A stretch of 64,000 nt of DNA from positions 2,208,001-2,272,000 of the forward strand of contig OY970192.1 in NCBI GenBank assembly GCA_963708135.1. The letters run 5' to 3'. Below, piece by piece: positions 30,684 through 39,600 of the stretch (position 1 is the first letter of the stretch; every line of letters begins with the position of its first letter). Position numbers and translations under genes: made by a program. The notes beneath the pieces were generated by a model. The model had not been told where the DNA came from. It was given only the letters and a program-made list of their open reading frames with translations, and made no database searches. This stretch comes from an uncultured Gemmatimonadales bacterium (lineage in GTDB: Bacteria; Gemmatimonadota; Gemmatimonadetes; Longimicrobiales; RSA9).

Positions 30684-30773
30684 AGCATAGGCCCGCGCGC
30701 GTGAGCGCTCCTAGCGGACGCGGATGAGCCGTCGGATTCGAGGAATGGACGGAGGCAGGAGCGGGCTGAGCGG
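30684..30773 (-). promoter_or_regulatory. Putative LytTR-activated promoter of the TonB-dependent receptor
   Basis: Minus strand: CCGCTCAGC-N12-CCGTCCATT-N12-CGGCTCATC-N33-TATGCT. Boxes at 30765-30773, 30744-30752 and 30723-30731; -10 at 30684-30689. Confidence 0.6.
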
Positions 30774-31550
30774 CTACAGCCGCAGCAGGTCGTCGCGGAG
30801 CGAGCGCCCGCGCTGACGGCTGACCTGCAGCCGCTGCCCGCCGCGCAGCGTGGCAATGTAGGTGCCGCCCGGCATCGGGCTCACCCGCTCGATCTGGTCG
30901 AGGTTCGCGAGGGTCCCGCGCGAGAGGCGGACGAAGCGCGCGGGGTCGAGGCGTGCCTCGAGGTCCTTCAGGCGGTGGTTGAGCTGGTGGCGCCTGCCGG
31001 AGAGGGTGGTGAGGTGGAGCACCTCGCCGCGCGCGACGACGCAGGCGATCTCGTCCACCGGCACGATCATGATGTCGTCGCCTTCACGCACCGGGATGCG
31101 GCGCAGGTAGCCCGCATCTGCCGCCGCGCCACGGACGGCGGCCGAGCGCACGCGCCTGATCTCCTCGCCGCGCGCATCGGCGTGCTCGAGGCGGTCGTGG
31201 GCACGGCGCAGCGTACGCAGCAGCCGCGGCCGTTCGACCGGCTTCAGCAGGTAGTCGATCGCCTCCAGCTCGAACGCCCGCGCGGCGTACTCGTCGTGTG
31301 CCGTGACGAAGGCGACGAGGGGCAGCAGCCGCTTCCTCACCAGCCGCACCACCGCCAGCCCGTCTACCTCCGGCATCTGCAGGTCGAGCAGGGCCAGGTC
31401 AGGGCGGGTCTCCTCGATCAGCGCCACCGCCGCCGCGCCCCCCGCCGCCTCGCCGACCAACTCGACGCCGGGCACCGCCTTCAGGAGGGAGACCAGGTAC
31501 GCGCGCGCCGGCCGCTCGTCGTCGGCGATGACCACGCGCAGGCTGATCAT
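30774..31550 (-). CDS. LytTR family two-component response regulator (AlgR/LytT-like)
   Basis: Receiver domain (ADDE, LLDLQMP, FVTA, DYLLKP) plus LytTR domain (LKDLEARLDP..FVRLSRGTLAN..LQVSR). Confidence 0.95.
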   Translation of the reverse strand: MISLRVVIADDERPARAYLVSLLKAVPGVELVGEAAGGAAAVALIEETRPDLALLDLQMPEVDGLAVVRLVRKRLLPLVAFVTAHDEYAARAFELEAIDYLLKPVERPRLLRTLRRAHDRLEHADARGEEIRRVRSAAVRGAAADAGYLRRIPVREGDDIMIVPVDEIACVVARGEVLHLTTLSGRRHQLNHRLKDLEARLDPARFVRLSRGTLANLDQIERVSPMPGGTYIATLRGGQRLQVSRQRGRSLRDDLLRL

Positions 31551-33502
31551 GCCGTGGCTGCCGCGGACGAAGCCCGGGCGTGCGCCACCCCGCGCGGCCC
31601 GGCCGGCAATACCACCCGGACGGTCGTACCCACACCGGGTGCGCTGGAGATGTCCAGCCGCGCGCCGTCGCCGTAGTAGCGGTCCAGCCGACGGGCGACG
31701 CTGGCGAGGCCGATTCCGCTGCGGCGGCCCGCGGCCAGCTCGGCGGGCGTCGCGCCGGCGCCGGTATCGACGATCGAGATCGAGACGCGCTCGCCCGCCC
31801 CCGCAGCTTCGGCGGGCTCCAGACGTGCCTTGATGCTGACCCGGCCGCCTGCCTCCAGCGGCGCGATCCCGTGCTTCACGGCGTTCTCGACCAGGGGCTG
31901 GAGCAGGAGCTGGGGAACGTCGAGGTCACGGAGCTCGTCCGGCACATCGATCGAGACCTGGAGTCGCTCCTCGAACCGCGCGTGCTCGATGGCCAGGTAG
32001 CTGCGCACGATCTGGAGCTCCTCATCGAGCGAGACGAAGCCGCCGTCGGAGCGCTTCAGCACGGCACGGAGCAGCCCGGTGAGCCGCAGCAACGTGTCCA
32101 GCGCCCGGTCCGGCGCCTCGCGGATCAGGTGCCCGATCGTGGTGAGGGTGTTGAAGAGGAAGTGTGGATTGAGCTGGGCCCGCAGCGCGCGCAGCTCCGC
32201 CTCGGTGGCGAGCTGCAGGATCTCGCGCTCGCGCCGGTCGCGGGCGTAGCGCTCCTCGGCGACGCGAACGGCGTCGATGCGGCGGCCCGCCAGGTTGGCT
32301 ACCGCCTCGAGCACGAGCAGGTCGTCGGAAAGGAAGCGGCGGCCCTCGTTCAGCTGGCTCACGGTCACGCGGAACGAGGGCGGGTCGGCCGTCGGGATCC
32401 ATACGGTCGCCTCCCGGCCGCGTGCGGCGGCCGGCACGGTGGCCAGGCGACGGGCGCGCGGCGGCGGCTCCGTCGCCTCGCTCCAGGAGGCGTGGCTGGC
32501 GGAGAAGGTCTCGGCCACCCCGGCGCACACGGTGTCCAGGACCTCGGCCGGCGTGGCCAGGGCATCGATCGCCTCGCTCACGCGGCCCACGGTCTGACGA
32601 TAGTCGGTGCGCCGCAGCACGACGCGGTCCACGAAGCGGGTGATCCAGTCACGCAGCACCGGATAGGCCAGGGCGGTCAGGATCCAGAGCGCGAGCAGCA
32701 GCGCGACGAGGCGGGGCCGGTCGGGATCGCGTGCCAGGTACGGCTCCAGCAGGGGCGCGCCCAGCCAGGTGTAGAGGAAGAGCGAGAGCGCCACGAGCGC
32801 GAGCAGCGTGAGTACCCGCTTGAGGAAGAGGTCCGCGAGCGCGAAGCGGAAGTCCTGGTACAGGATCACGACCGCCAGCGGCAGCGAGAGGTGGTGCCCG
32901 AGCAGCTCCATGAGCAGCGTGTCGGTCCCCACCTCGTGCCGACTCAGGTGCAGCGCCATCACCGCGAAGGCCGCCAGCGCCACGGCGGTCAGCACCTTCC
33001 GGGAGCGCGGCTCGTGCGGCCGCGTCATGAGCAGGATCCCCACGATCACGACGTATCCCACGCTCAGCAGCAGGAGTGCACCGCGCGCGGGCGGCGCCGC
33101 CTGCTCGAGCGCGGTGAGGATCTGCTGGGTGGCCGCCACGGCGCTCAGCGCGTAGGAGGCGGCGGCGAGCAGCCGCCCGGAGCGCGTCCACCCGCGCGAG
33201 GCCAGCGACGCGTGCACCACCACGGCCGGCAGAAAGCCGAGCGCCGAGAAGGCGACGGCGCCCAGCCACGGCTCCGGCCGCAGCAATCCGAGATCCCGGC
33301 CGCCGTAGAGGACCAGCGCTCCGCTGTTCCAGACCAGCCCCAGGACCGACGTGGCGAGCGGGATCCGGTCGCTCCGCCGCTCCTCTGGCGGACGCGGCCG
33401 GCCGGGCAGGCGCAGCGTCATGGCGCCCAGCATGGCGTAGAGAACCACGCCGGCCACGAAGCCGAGGAGGTGAACGAGCACGCCGAGGTCCTGCGGCGTC
33501 AT
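31547..33502 (-). CDS. LytS-family sensor histidine kinase with a large multi-TM sensor domain
   Basis: About 8-9 TM segments, H-box LRAQLNPHFLFNTL, LQPLVENAVKHG, DTGAG, SGIGL. The stop overlaps the response regulator start. Confidence 0.93.
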   Translation of the reverse strand: MTPQDLGVLVHLLGFVAGVVLYAMLGAMTLRLPGRPRPPEERRSDRIPLATSVLGLVWNSGALVLYGGRDLGLLRPEPWLGAVAFSALGFLPAVVVHASLASRGWTRSGRLLAAASYALSAVAATQQILTALEQAAPPARGALLLLSVGYVVIVGILLMTRPHEPRSRKVLTAVALAAFAVMALHLSRHEVGTDTLLMELLGHHLSLPLAVVILYQDFRFALADLFLKRVLTLLALVALSLFLYTWLGAPLLEPYLARDPDRPRLVALLLALWILTALAYPVLRDWITRFVDRVVLRRTDYRQTVGRVSEAIDALATPAEVLDTVCAGVAETFSASHASWSEATEPPPRARRLATVPAAARGREATVWIPTADPPSFRVTVSQLNEGRRFLSDDLLVLEAVANLAGRRIDAVRVAEERYARDRREREILQLATEAELRALRAQLNPHFLFNTLTTIGHLIREAPDRALDTLLRLTGLLRAVLKRSDGGFVSLDEELQIVRSYLAIEHARFEERLQVSIDVPDELRDLDVPQLLLQPLVENAVKHGIAPLEAGGRVSIKARLEPAEAAGAGERVSISIVDTGAGATPAELAAGRRSGIGLASVARRLDRYYGDGARLDISSAPGVGTTVRVVLPAGPRGVAHARASSAAATA

Positions 33503-33548
33503 CTGGCGCTGGACTCCCGGGAGACAGACGCGAGCGGAAACCCGCTGC

Positions 33549-33638
33549 AGCATACGGCCCCCGGCGGCGGGCCGGCAATCAGGCGTCGGCGAATGGTCGC
33601 AACCGGGGGGTGAACGGCGCCGCCGGGTTGACGAATCG
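33549..33638 (-). promoter_or_regulatory. Putative LytTR-activated (autoregulatory) promoter of the kinase-regulator operon
   Basis: Minus strand: CGATTCGTC-N12-CCGTTCACC-N12-CCATTCGCC-N33-TATGCT. Boxes at 33630-33638, 33609-33617 and 33588-33596; -10 at 33549-33554. Confidence 0.65.
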
Positions 33639-33656
33639 CATCCGGACCTGTATGCA
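33628..33656 (+). promoter_or_regulatory. Putative sigma70 promoter of the leader-czcCBA operon
   Basis: TTGACG-N17-TATGCA. The -10 is imperfect and the -35 overlaps a LytTR box. Confidence 0.4.
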
Positions 33657-33703
33657 TTGCCCGTCTCCACACGCAACAAGACGTCCAATCCAGCTCGGGA
33701 ACC

Positions 33704-34078
33704 ATGCGCGGACGGACGAGTAACAGGGGCGTGCCAGCCTGCCTTCGTCGTCGCCTCCCGGCCCGATTCGCGGCCGCGGCGCTGCTCGCGCTCGTCGTGC
33801 AGCTGGGGCTGTCCGTTCTCGCGCCGATCGCGGACGCGCACGAGCCGCGGAATCTGCCGGTTCACGTCGAGCGGCCGGGCCGGCACCACATGGCGCACAA
33901 TCCCGAGATGTGCGCCTTCTGCATCGCCATTCAGGCGGGCGGCGTGCCCGCGCACGTGCAGCGGGCGCCGCTCCCGCGCGTCGTGCAGCGCGCGGTGTCT
34001 CCGCCCCAGGTCCCGGCCTCCCACACCAACACCCGCTTCTCCGTCAGCGCCGCGCGCGCACCGCCCTCCTCCGCCTGA
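33704..34078 (+). CDS. DUF2946-like leader protein with CxxC and a C-terminal RAPP motif (candidate metal-responsive arrest peptide)
   Basis: Hydrophobic N-terminal segment, His-rich HVERPGRHHMAHNPEM-CAFC, terminal ARAPPSSA. Alternative GTG start at 33731 after AGGGG. Confidence 0.75.
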   Translation: MRGRTSNRGVPACLRRRLPARFAAAALLALVVQLGLSVLAPIADAHEPRNLPVHVERPGRHHMAHNPEMCAFCIAIQAGGVPAHVQRAPLPRVVQRAVSPPQVPASHTNTRFSVSAARAPPSSA

Positions 34079-34250
34079 GGACCATCCGGTCCTCGCACCG
34101 GCAGCACCGGCAGCAACGCATCCGACAACAGAAGGGACGGCGCACGCGAAGGCGCGTGCTCACCCCTGCGCAGGTCGCGCGCGCGTTTCCGCACATACGT
34201 GGCGGGCGTGCGCGGCCGCGCCGCAACCCGACACGGAAGACGGGACCCAC

Positions 34251-35543
34251 ATGCTCAGCACAGCCATCACGGCGCTCGCCTGCCTGTGTGCCGGCGGCCA
34301 GCTCGCGGCGACGGGAGGCGCCGTGCAGGACACGGCGGGCGTCCTCTCGCTGACGCGGGCCGAGGCCGTCCAGCGGGCGCTCGCGCACAATCCACAGCTC
34401 GAGGCGGCGCGCCAGCAGGTGGCGCAGGTCCGCGCGCAGGGGACGCAGCTGGTGGCGCTCCCCGACCCCGCACTCTCCGGCAGCTACGACGACGAGACGC
34501 GCGTGTTCCAGCTCGGTGGCTCGCATTCGCACACGCTGGGGCTCGGCTGGACGCTGCCCTTCCCCGCGAAGCTGCGCGAGCGCTACCGCATGGCGGGCGC
34601 GGACACGAAGGCGGCGCAGTTCGGGCTGGAGCAGGCGCGGCAGCTCGTGGCCGCGCAGGCGGCGCAGGACTATGACGCGCTGCTCGTGGCGGAGCGCCAC
34701 TCGCGGGACCTGACCGAGGCGCTCGCGGCCGCGCAGGACTTCGTCAAGCGCACGCAGGCGCGCTTCCAGGCGGGCACGGCGGCCAAGCTGGACGTGATCA
34801 AGGCGCAGGTGGACGCCTCGCAGGTGCAGACGGACCTCATCTCGAGCGAGCGCGACATCTCCAACGCGCGCGCGGCGCTGAATCACGTTCTGGGGCGGGC
34901 CGTCGGGCTGCCGCTGGCCGCCGCGGACACGCTGGCCACCCCCGCGGCGCTGCCGTCGCTGGAGGATCTCCGGGCACGGGCGCACGCCGCGCGACCCGAG
35001 GTCGGCGCGCTGCTCGAGCAGCGGCGGAGTGCGCACGCGGCGAAGACGCTGGCAAGGGAGTACTGGCTGCCGGACCTGGACGTGGGCGTCGAGGGCAGCG
35101 GCTCGCCGGGCGCGCCGAACTCGTTCTCGACCGGCTTCGGCATCTCCTTCCCGCTCTTCTTCTGGCAGCACCAGCGCGGCGAGGTGGCGGAGGCGGGGCA
35201 TCGGGAGCTGGAGCTGGAGGCCGACGCGCGGGACCTGTCCGCGCAGATCGAGCAGGAGGTGCGCTCCTCGTACGCGGACGCGAGCACCGCGCTGCGCCAG
35301 GTCGACTACATCGGGACCCAACTCCTCCCCGCCGCGCGCGAGGCGTACCGCATCGCCACGGTGAGCTACGGCCTGGGTGGCGCCTCCGCGCTGGAGGTGC
35401 TGGATGCCAAGCGCGCGATGCTGGACGCCGAGAGCCAGTACGCCGACGCGCTGGGCGCCGCGAACGACGCCGTATCCCAGCTGGAGCTCGCCGTGGGCGG
35501 GCCCCTCGAGCAGACTTCCTCAGGAGACCGCTCCCATGATTAG
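34251..35543 (+). CDS. TolC/CzcC family outer-membrane efflux protein
   Basis: Signal peptide, LTRAEAVQRALAHNP.L, RFQAG.AAKLDV, YWLPDL, SYGLGGASALEVLDA. Confidence 0.9.
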   Translation: MLSTAITALACLCAGGQLAATGGAVQDTAGVLSLTRAEAVQRALAHNPQLEAARQQVAQVRAQGTQLVALPDPALSGSYDDETRVFQLGGSHSHTLGLGWTLPFPAKLRERYRMAGADTKAAQFGLEQARQLVAAQAAQDYDALLVAERHSRDLTEALAAAQDFVKRTQARFQAGTAAKLDVIKAQVDASQVQTDLISSERDISNARAALNHVLGRAVGLPLAAADTLATPAALPSLEDLRARAHAARPEVGALLEQRRSAHAAKTLAREYWLPDLDVGVEGSGSPGAPNSFSTGFGISFPLFFWQHQRGEVAEAGHRELELEADARDLSAQIEQEVRSSYADASTALRQVDYIGTQLLPAAREAYRIATVSYGLGGASALEVLDAKRAMLDAESQYADALGAANDAVSQLELAVGGPLEQTSSGDRSHD

Positions 35544-36672
35544 CAAGAGCGCGCTCGCCGTGGCGGCCGCCTCCGCCCTGCTCGTGGCCGCGGGCTGCGG
35601 CGGCACGCCCGAGACGGATGCCGCCGTGGCAGCGCCGGACACCATGAGCCTCGTGCTGCCGAAGGAGCAGCAGGCGCGGGTGAAGTCGGAGGTCGTGCAG
35701 CCGGTGAGCTACCGCGCGACGATCGAGACCACGGGCAACGTCGCCTTCGATGGCGACCAGTCCACCTCGGTGCTGGCCCCGATCTCGGGCCCTGTCACCC
35801 GCGTCCTGGTCGAGCCCGGCGCGCGGGTCCGCGCCAGCCAGCCGCTGGCCTACGTTTCCTCGCCCGACTTCGCCGCGGCGGTGGCGGACTACCGCAAGGC
35901 CATTGCGCAGGCGCGCAACGCCAGGCGCATCGCGGACCAGGACGAGCAGCTGTTCAAGAACGACGCGATCGCGCACCGGGACGTGGAGCAGGCGCAGACG
36001 GACGCACTGGCGGCGCAGGCGGACGTCGAGGCGGCGGCGCAGCAGCTCCGCTCGCTCGGCATCGACCCCGACAGCGCAATGGCCGGGAGTGGCAGCGGTC
36101 AGGCGCTGCAGGGTGTGATCCGGGCGCCGCTCTCCGGCACGCTGGTCGAGCGGCTCATCACGCCGGGGCAGCTCCTGCAGGCGGGGGCCACGCCATGCTT
36201 CACCATTGCCGACCTGTCGAAGGTGTGGGTGATGGCCAACGTCTTCACGACGGACCTGGCGCACGTGGGCGTGGGCGACCGCGCGGACATCACCACGGCG
36301 GCCTCGCCCGATACGTTCCCGGGTACGATCGACTACGTGGCCGCGCTCGTGGATCCCGCCACGAAGGCGACGTCGGTGCGCATCGTCGCCGCGAACCCCG
36401 GCCATCTGCTGCGCAAGGACATGTACGTCACGGTGGGGATCCGCTCGCGGGCCACGGATCGGGGGCTGCTCATCCCGGTCTCGTCGGTGCTGCGCGATGA
36501 CGACAATCAGCCGTTCGTCTTCCTGGACCAGGGCGGTGGACACTACCTCCGTCGCGACATCGTGCTCGGCGCGCGCGTCGGCGCGCGCTACCCGGTCGCG
36601 GCGGGGCTCAACGCGGGTGACCGCATCGTCAGCGAGGGCGGGCTGTTCCTGCAGTTCGCGCAGAGCCAGTGA
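35536..36672 (+). CDS. RND efflux periplasmic adaptor (CzcB-like), lipoprotein
   Basis: Lipobox LVAAGC, APISG.V..V.V..G..V, IRAPLSG, IADLSKVWV, VDPATK, GDRIV. Confidence 0.9.
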   Translation: MISKSALAVAAASALLVAAGCGGTPETDAAVAAPDTMSLVLPKEQQARVKSEVVQPVSYRATIETTGNVAFDGDQSTSVLAPISGPVTRVLVEPGARVRASQPLAYVSSPDFAAAVADYRKAIAQARNARRIADQDEQLFKNDAIAHRDVEQAQTDALAAQADVEAAAQQLRSLGIDPDSAMAGSGSGQALQGVIRAPLSGTLVERLITPGQLLQAGATPCFTIADLSKVWVMANVFTTDLAHVGVGDRADITTAASPDTFPGTIDYVAALVDPATKATSVRIVAANPGHLLRKDMYVTVGIRSRATDRGLLIPVSSVLRDDDNQPFVFLDQGGGHYLRRDIVLGARVGARYPVAAGLNAGDRIVSEGGLFLQFAQSQ

Positions 36673-39600
36673 GCGGCCATGCCGTGCTGCCGCCGGCGGA
36701 GCTGGCGGAGCAGGAGGAGCTGCAGGCGGAGAAGGAGGCTTCGTTCGTCAACCGCATCGTGCGCACCGCGCTCGACCAGCCGGTGCTCGTGGTGCTACTC
36801 GCGGCGCTGCTGACGGGCGCGGGGCTCTGGTCGCTCACGCGGCTGCCGGTGGACGCCTACCCGGACCTGTCCCCGCCGCTCGTGGAGATCACAACGCAGT
36901 GGCCCGGCCACGCGGCGGAGGAGGTCGAGCGGCTGATCACGGTGCCGCTCGAGGTCGAGATGAACGGGCTGCCGGGGCTCAAGGTGATCCGCTCGGTCTC
37001 GCTCTACGGGCTGTCCAGCATCCGGCTCACGTTCACGGACGCCACGGACAGCTACTTCGCGCGCCAGCAGGCCTTCGAGCGGCTACCGGATGCCGAGCTG
37101 CCGGACGGCGTCAGCCCCGGCATCGACCCGCTCTTCTCGCCGTCCGGACTCGTCTACCGCTACGTGCTCGACTCGCCCGACCGCTCGCCGATGCAGCTGA
37201 AGAACCTGAACGACTGGGTCATCGGCCGCGCCTACAAGTCCGTGCCCGGCGTCGCGGACGAGTCCGGACTGGGCGGCGAGACCATGCAGTATCAGGTGCT
37301 GCTCGACCCGGCGCGCGTGGCCGGCGCCGGCCTCACCGTCCAGAACGTCATGGACGCGCTCGGCGCCAACAACTCGAACGCCGGCGGCGGCTTCTACTCC
37401 GAGGGCGGGCAGTTCTTTTACGTGCGCGGACTCGGACGGCTCAAGACGCTGGAGGACATCGGCAACGTCGTCGTCTCCGTCCACGATGGCATCCCCGTCC
37501 TGGTGAAGGACGTCGGCCGGATCGTCGTGGGGCACGCCCCCCGCCTCGGCCAGTTCGGCTTCAACGACCGCGACGACGCCGTGGAAGGCGTCATCCTCAT
37601 GCGCAAGGGCGAGCAGACGCAGACGGTGCTCAAGGGCGTCGAGGCCAGGACCCGCCTGCTGAACGAGAAGATCCTGCCGAAGGACGTGCGGATCCATCCG
37701 TTCTACGACCGCAGCGACCTGGTCAAGCTGACCGAGCACACCGTGGCGGACAACCTGCTGCGCGGGATCCTGCTCGTCCTCGTGGTGCTGGTCTTCTTCC
37801 TCTGGGACATCCGCTCGGGGCTGATCGTCACGGCGGCCATCCCGGGAGCGCTGCTCTTCGCCTTCATCTTCCTGGACCTGCGCCACATTCCGGCCAACCT
37901 CCTCTCCATCGGCGCCATCGACTTCGGCATCCTGGTCGATGGCGCGGTGTTCATGGTGGAGAACATCTTCCGCCAGCTCGCGGCGCGCGAGGGCACGGAC
38001 TACGACATCCGCCACGTCATCGCCGCCGCCGCCGCGGAGGTCGACCGGCCGATCCTCTACTCGATCGCCGTCATCGTGGCCGGCTTCCTGCCGATCTACG
38101 TGCTCTCCGGCCCGTCCGGGCGGCTGTTCAAGCCAATGGCGGACACGACCATCTTCGCCCTCATCGGCGCGCTGCTGGTCACGCTGACCGTGCTGCCGGT
38201 GCTCTGCTCGCTGCTCATGCGTGGCGGCGTGCGGGAACGGGTGAACCCGGCGTTCGAGTGGTCCAAGCGCCAGTATGCGCGCGGGCTCCAGTGGTCGCTC
38301 GCCCGGCCGTGGCCGGTGGTGATCGGCTCGACGGCGATCTTCGTGGCCTCGCTCCTCCTGCTCCGCGTGATCGGCGCCGAGTTCATGCCCAAGCTGGACG
38401 AGGGTGCCCTCTGGGTGCGGGCCACCATGCCGTACACGATCAGCTTCGACGAGTCGTCGAAGATCGTGCCGCAGGTCCGCGCCATCCTGCGCTCCTTCCC
38501 CGAGGTCACCGACGTGGGGTCGGAGCACGGCCGGCCCGATGACGGGACCGACCCCACCGGCTTCTTCAACGCGGAGTTCTACGTCGGCCTGAAGCCGTAC
38601 GACCAGTGGAAGGGCCCGTATCACAAGAAGCAGCAGCTGATCGACGCCGTCGCCAGCAAGCTATCCGTCTTCCCCGGCATCACGTTCAACTTCACGCAGC
38701 CGGCCGAGGATGCGGTGGACGAGGCCGAGACGGGCCTCAAGAGCGCCCTCGACGTGAAGATCTTCGGACCGGACCTGAACGTGCTGGAGAGGAGCGCGAA
38801 GCAGGTGAAGCTGGCCATGCAGAAGGTGCCCGGCATCAATCACGTCATCGTGGTGGAGGAGCTCGGGCAGCCGTCGCTCACGATCACGCCCAACCGCGCG
38901 GCCATGGCGCGCTACGGCGTCAGCGTGGATGACATGAACAACCTGATCAATGCCGCCGTGGGCGGGGCCACGGCCACCTCCGTGCAGCAGGGCGAGCGGC
39001 TCTACGACCTGGTCGTGCGGCTCGGGCCCGAGTACCGGGGCAACCCCGACCAGATCGGCAACATCCTGGTGCCCACGCCGGACGGTCAGCAGGTGCCGCT
39101 GCACGAGCTGGCCACCCTCGACGTGTCGAGCGGCGCCAGCTTCATCTACAGGCAGGACAATGCCCGCTTCATCGGCGTGCAGTTCGCCGTCGAGGGGCGC
39201 GACCTCGCCAGCGCCGTCCAGGACGCGCAGCGCACGGTCGCGGAGGCGGTCAAGCTGCCGCCGGGCTACCGCGCGGTCTGGGGCGGCGAGTACTCGGAGT
39301 ACACGGCCTCGCGGCACCAGCTGGTGGTGGTCCTGCCGCTCACGATCCTCGCCATCTTCCTGCTGCTCTTCGCGCTCTACGGCAACTTCAAGTTCCCGTT
39401 CATCACCGTCGTCGGCGTGATCCTGTCGGCGCCCGTGGGCGGCCTCCTGGCGCTGCTCGTCACCCGCACGCCATTCTCCGTCTCCTCGGGCATCGGATTC
39501 CTCGCCCTGTTCGGCGTCTCCGTCCAGACGGCGGTGGTCTACATCTCGTACGCCAACGAGCTGCGAAAAGGAGGTTACGACATCACCCTCGCCACGGTCG

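Noticed and set aside
30611..30773. Second RAPP-type leader ORF before the TonB receptor
   Set aside because: No CxxC/RAPP ORF is present on the minus strand; the region is explained by the LytTR-type promoter.
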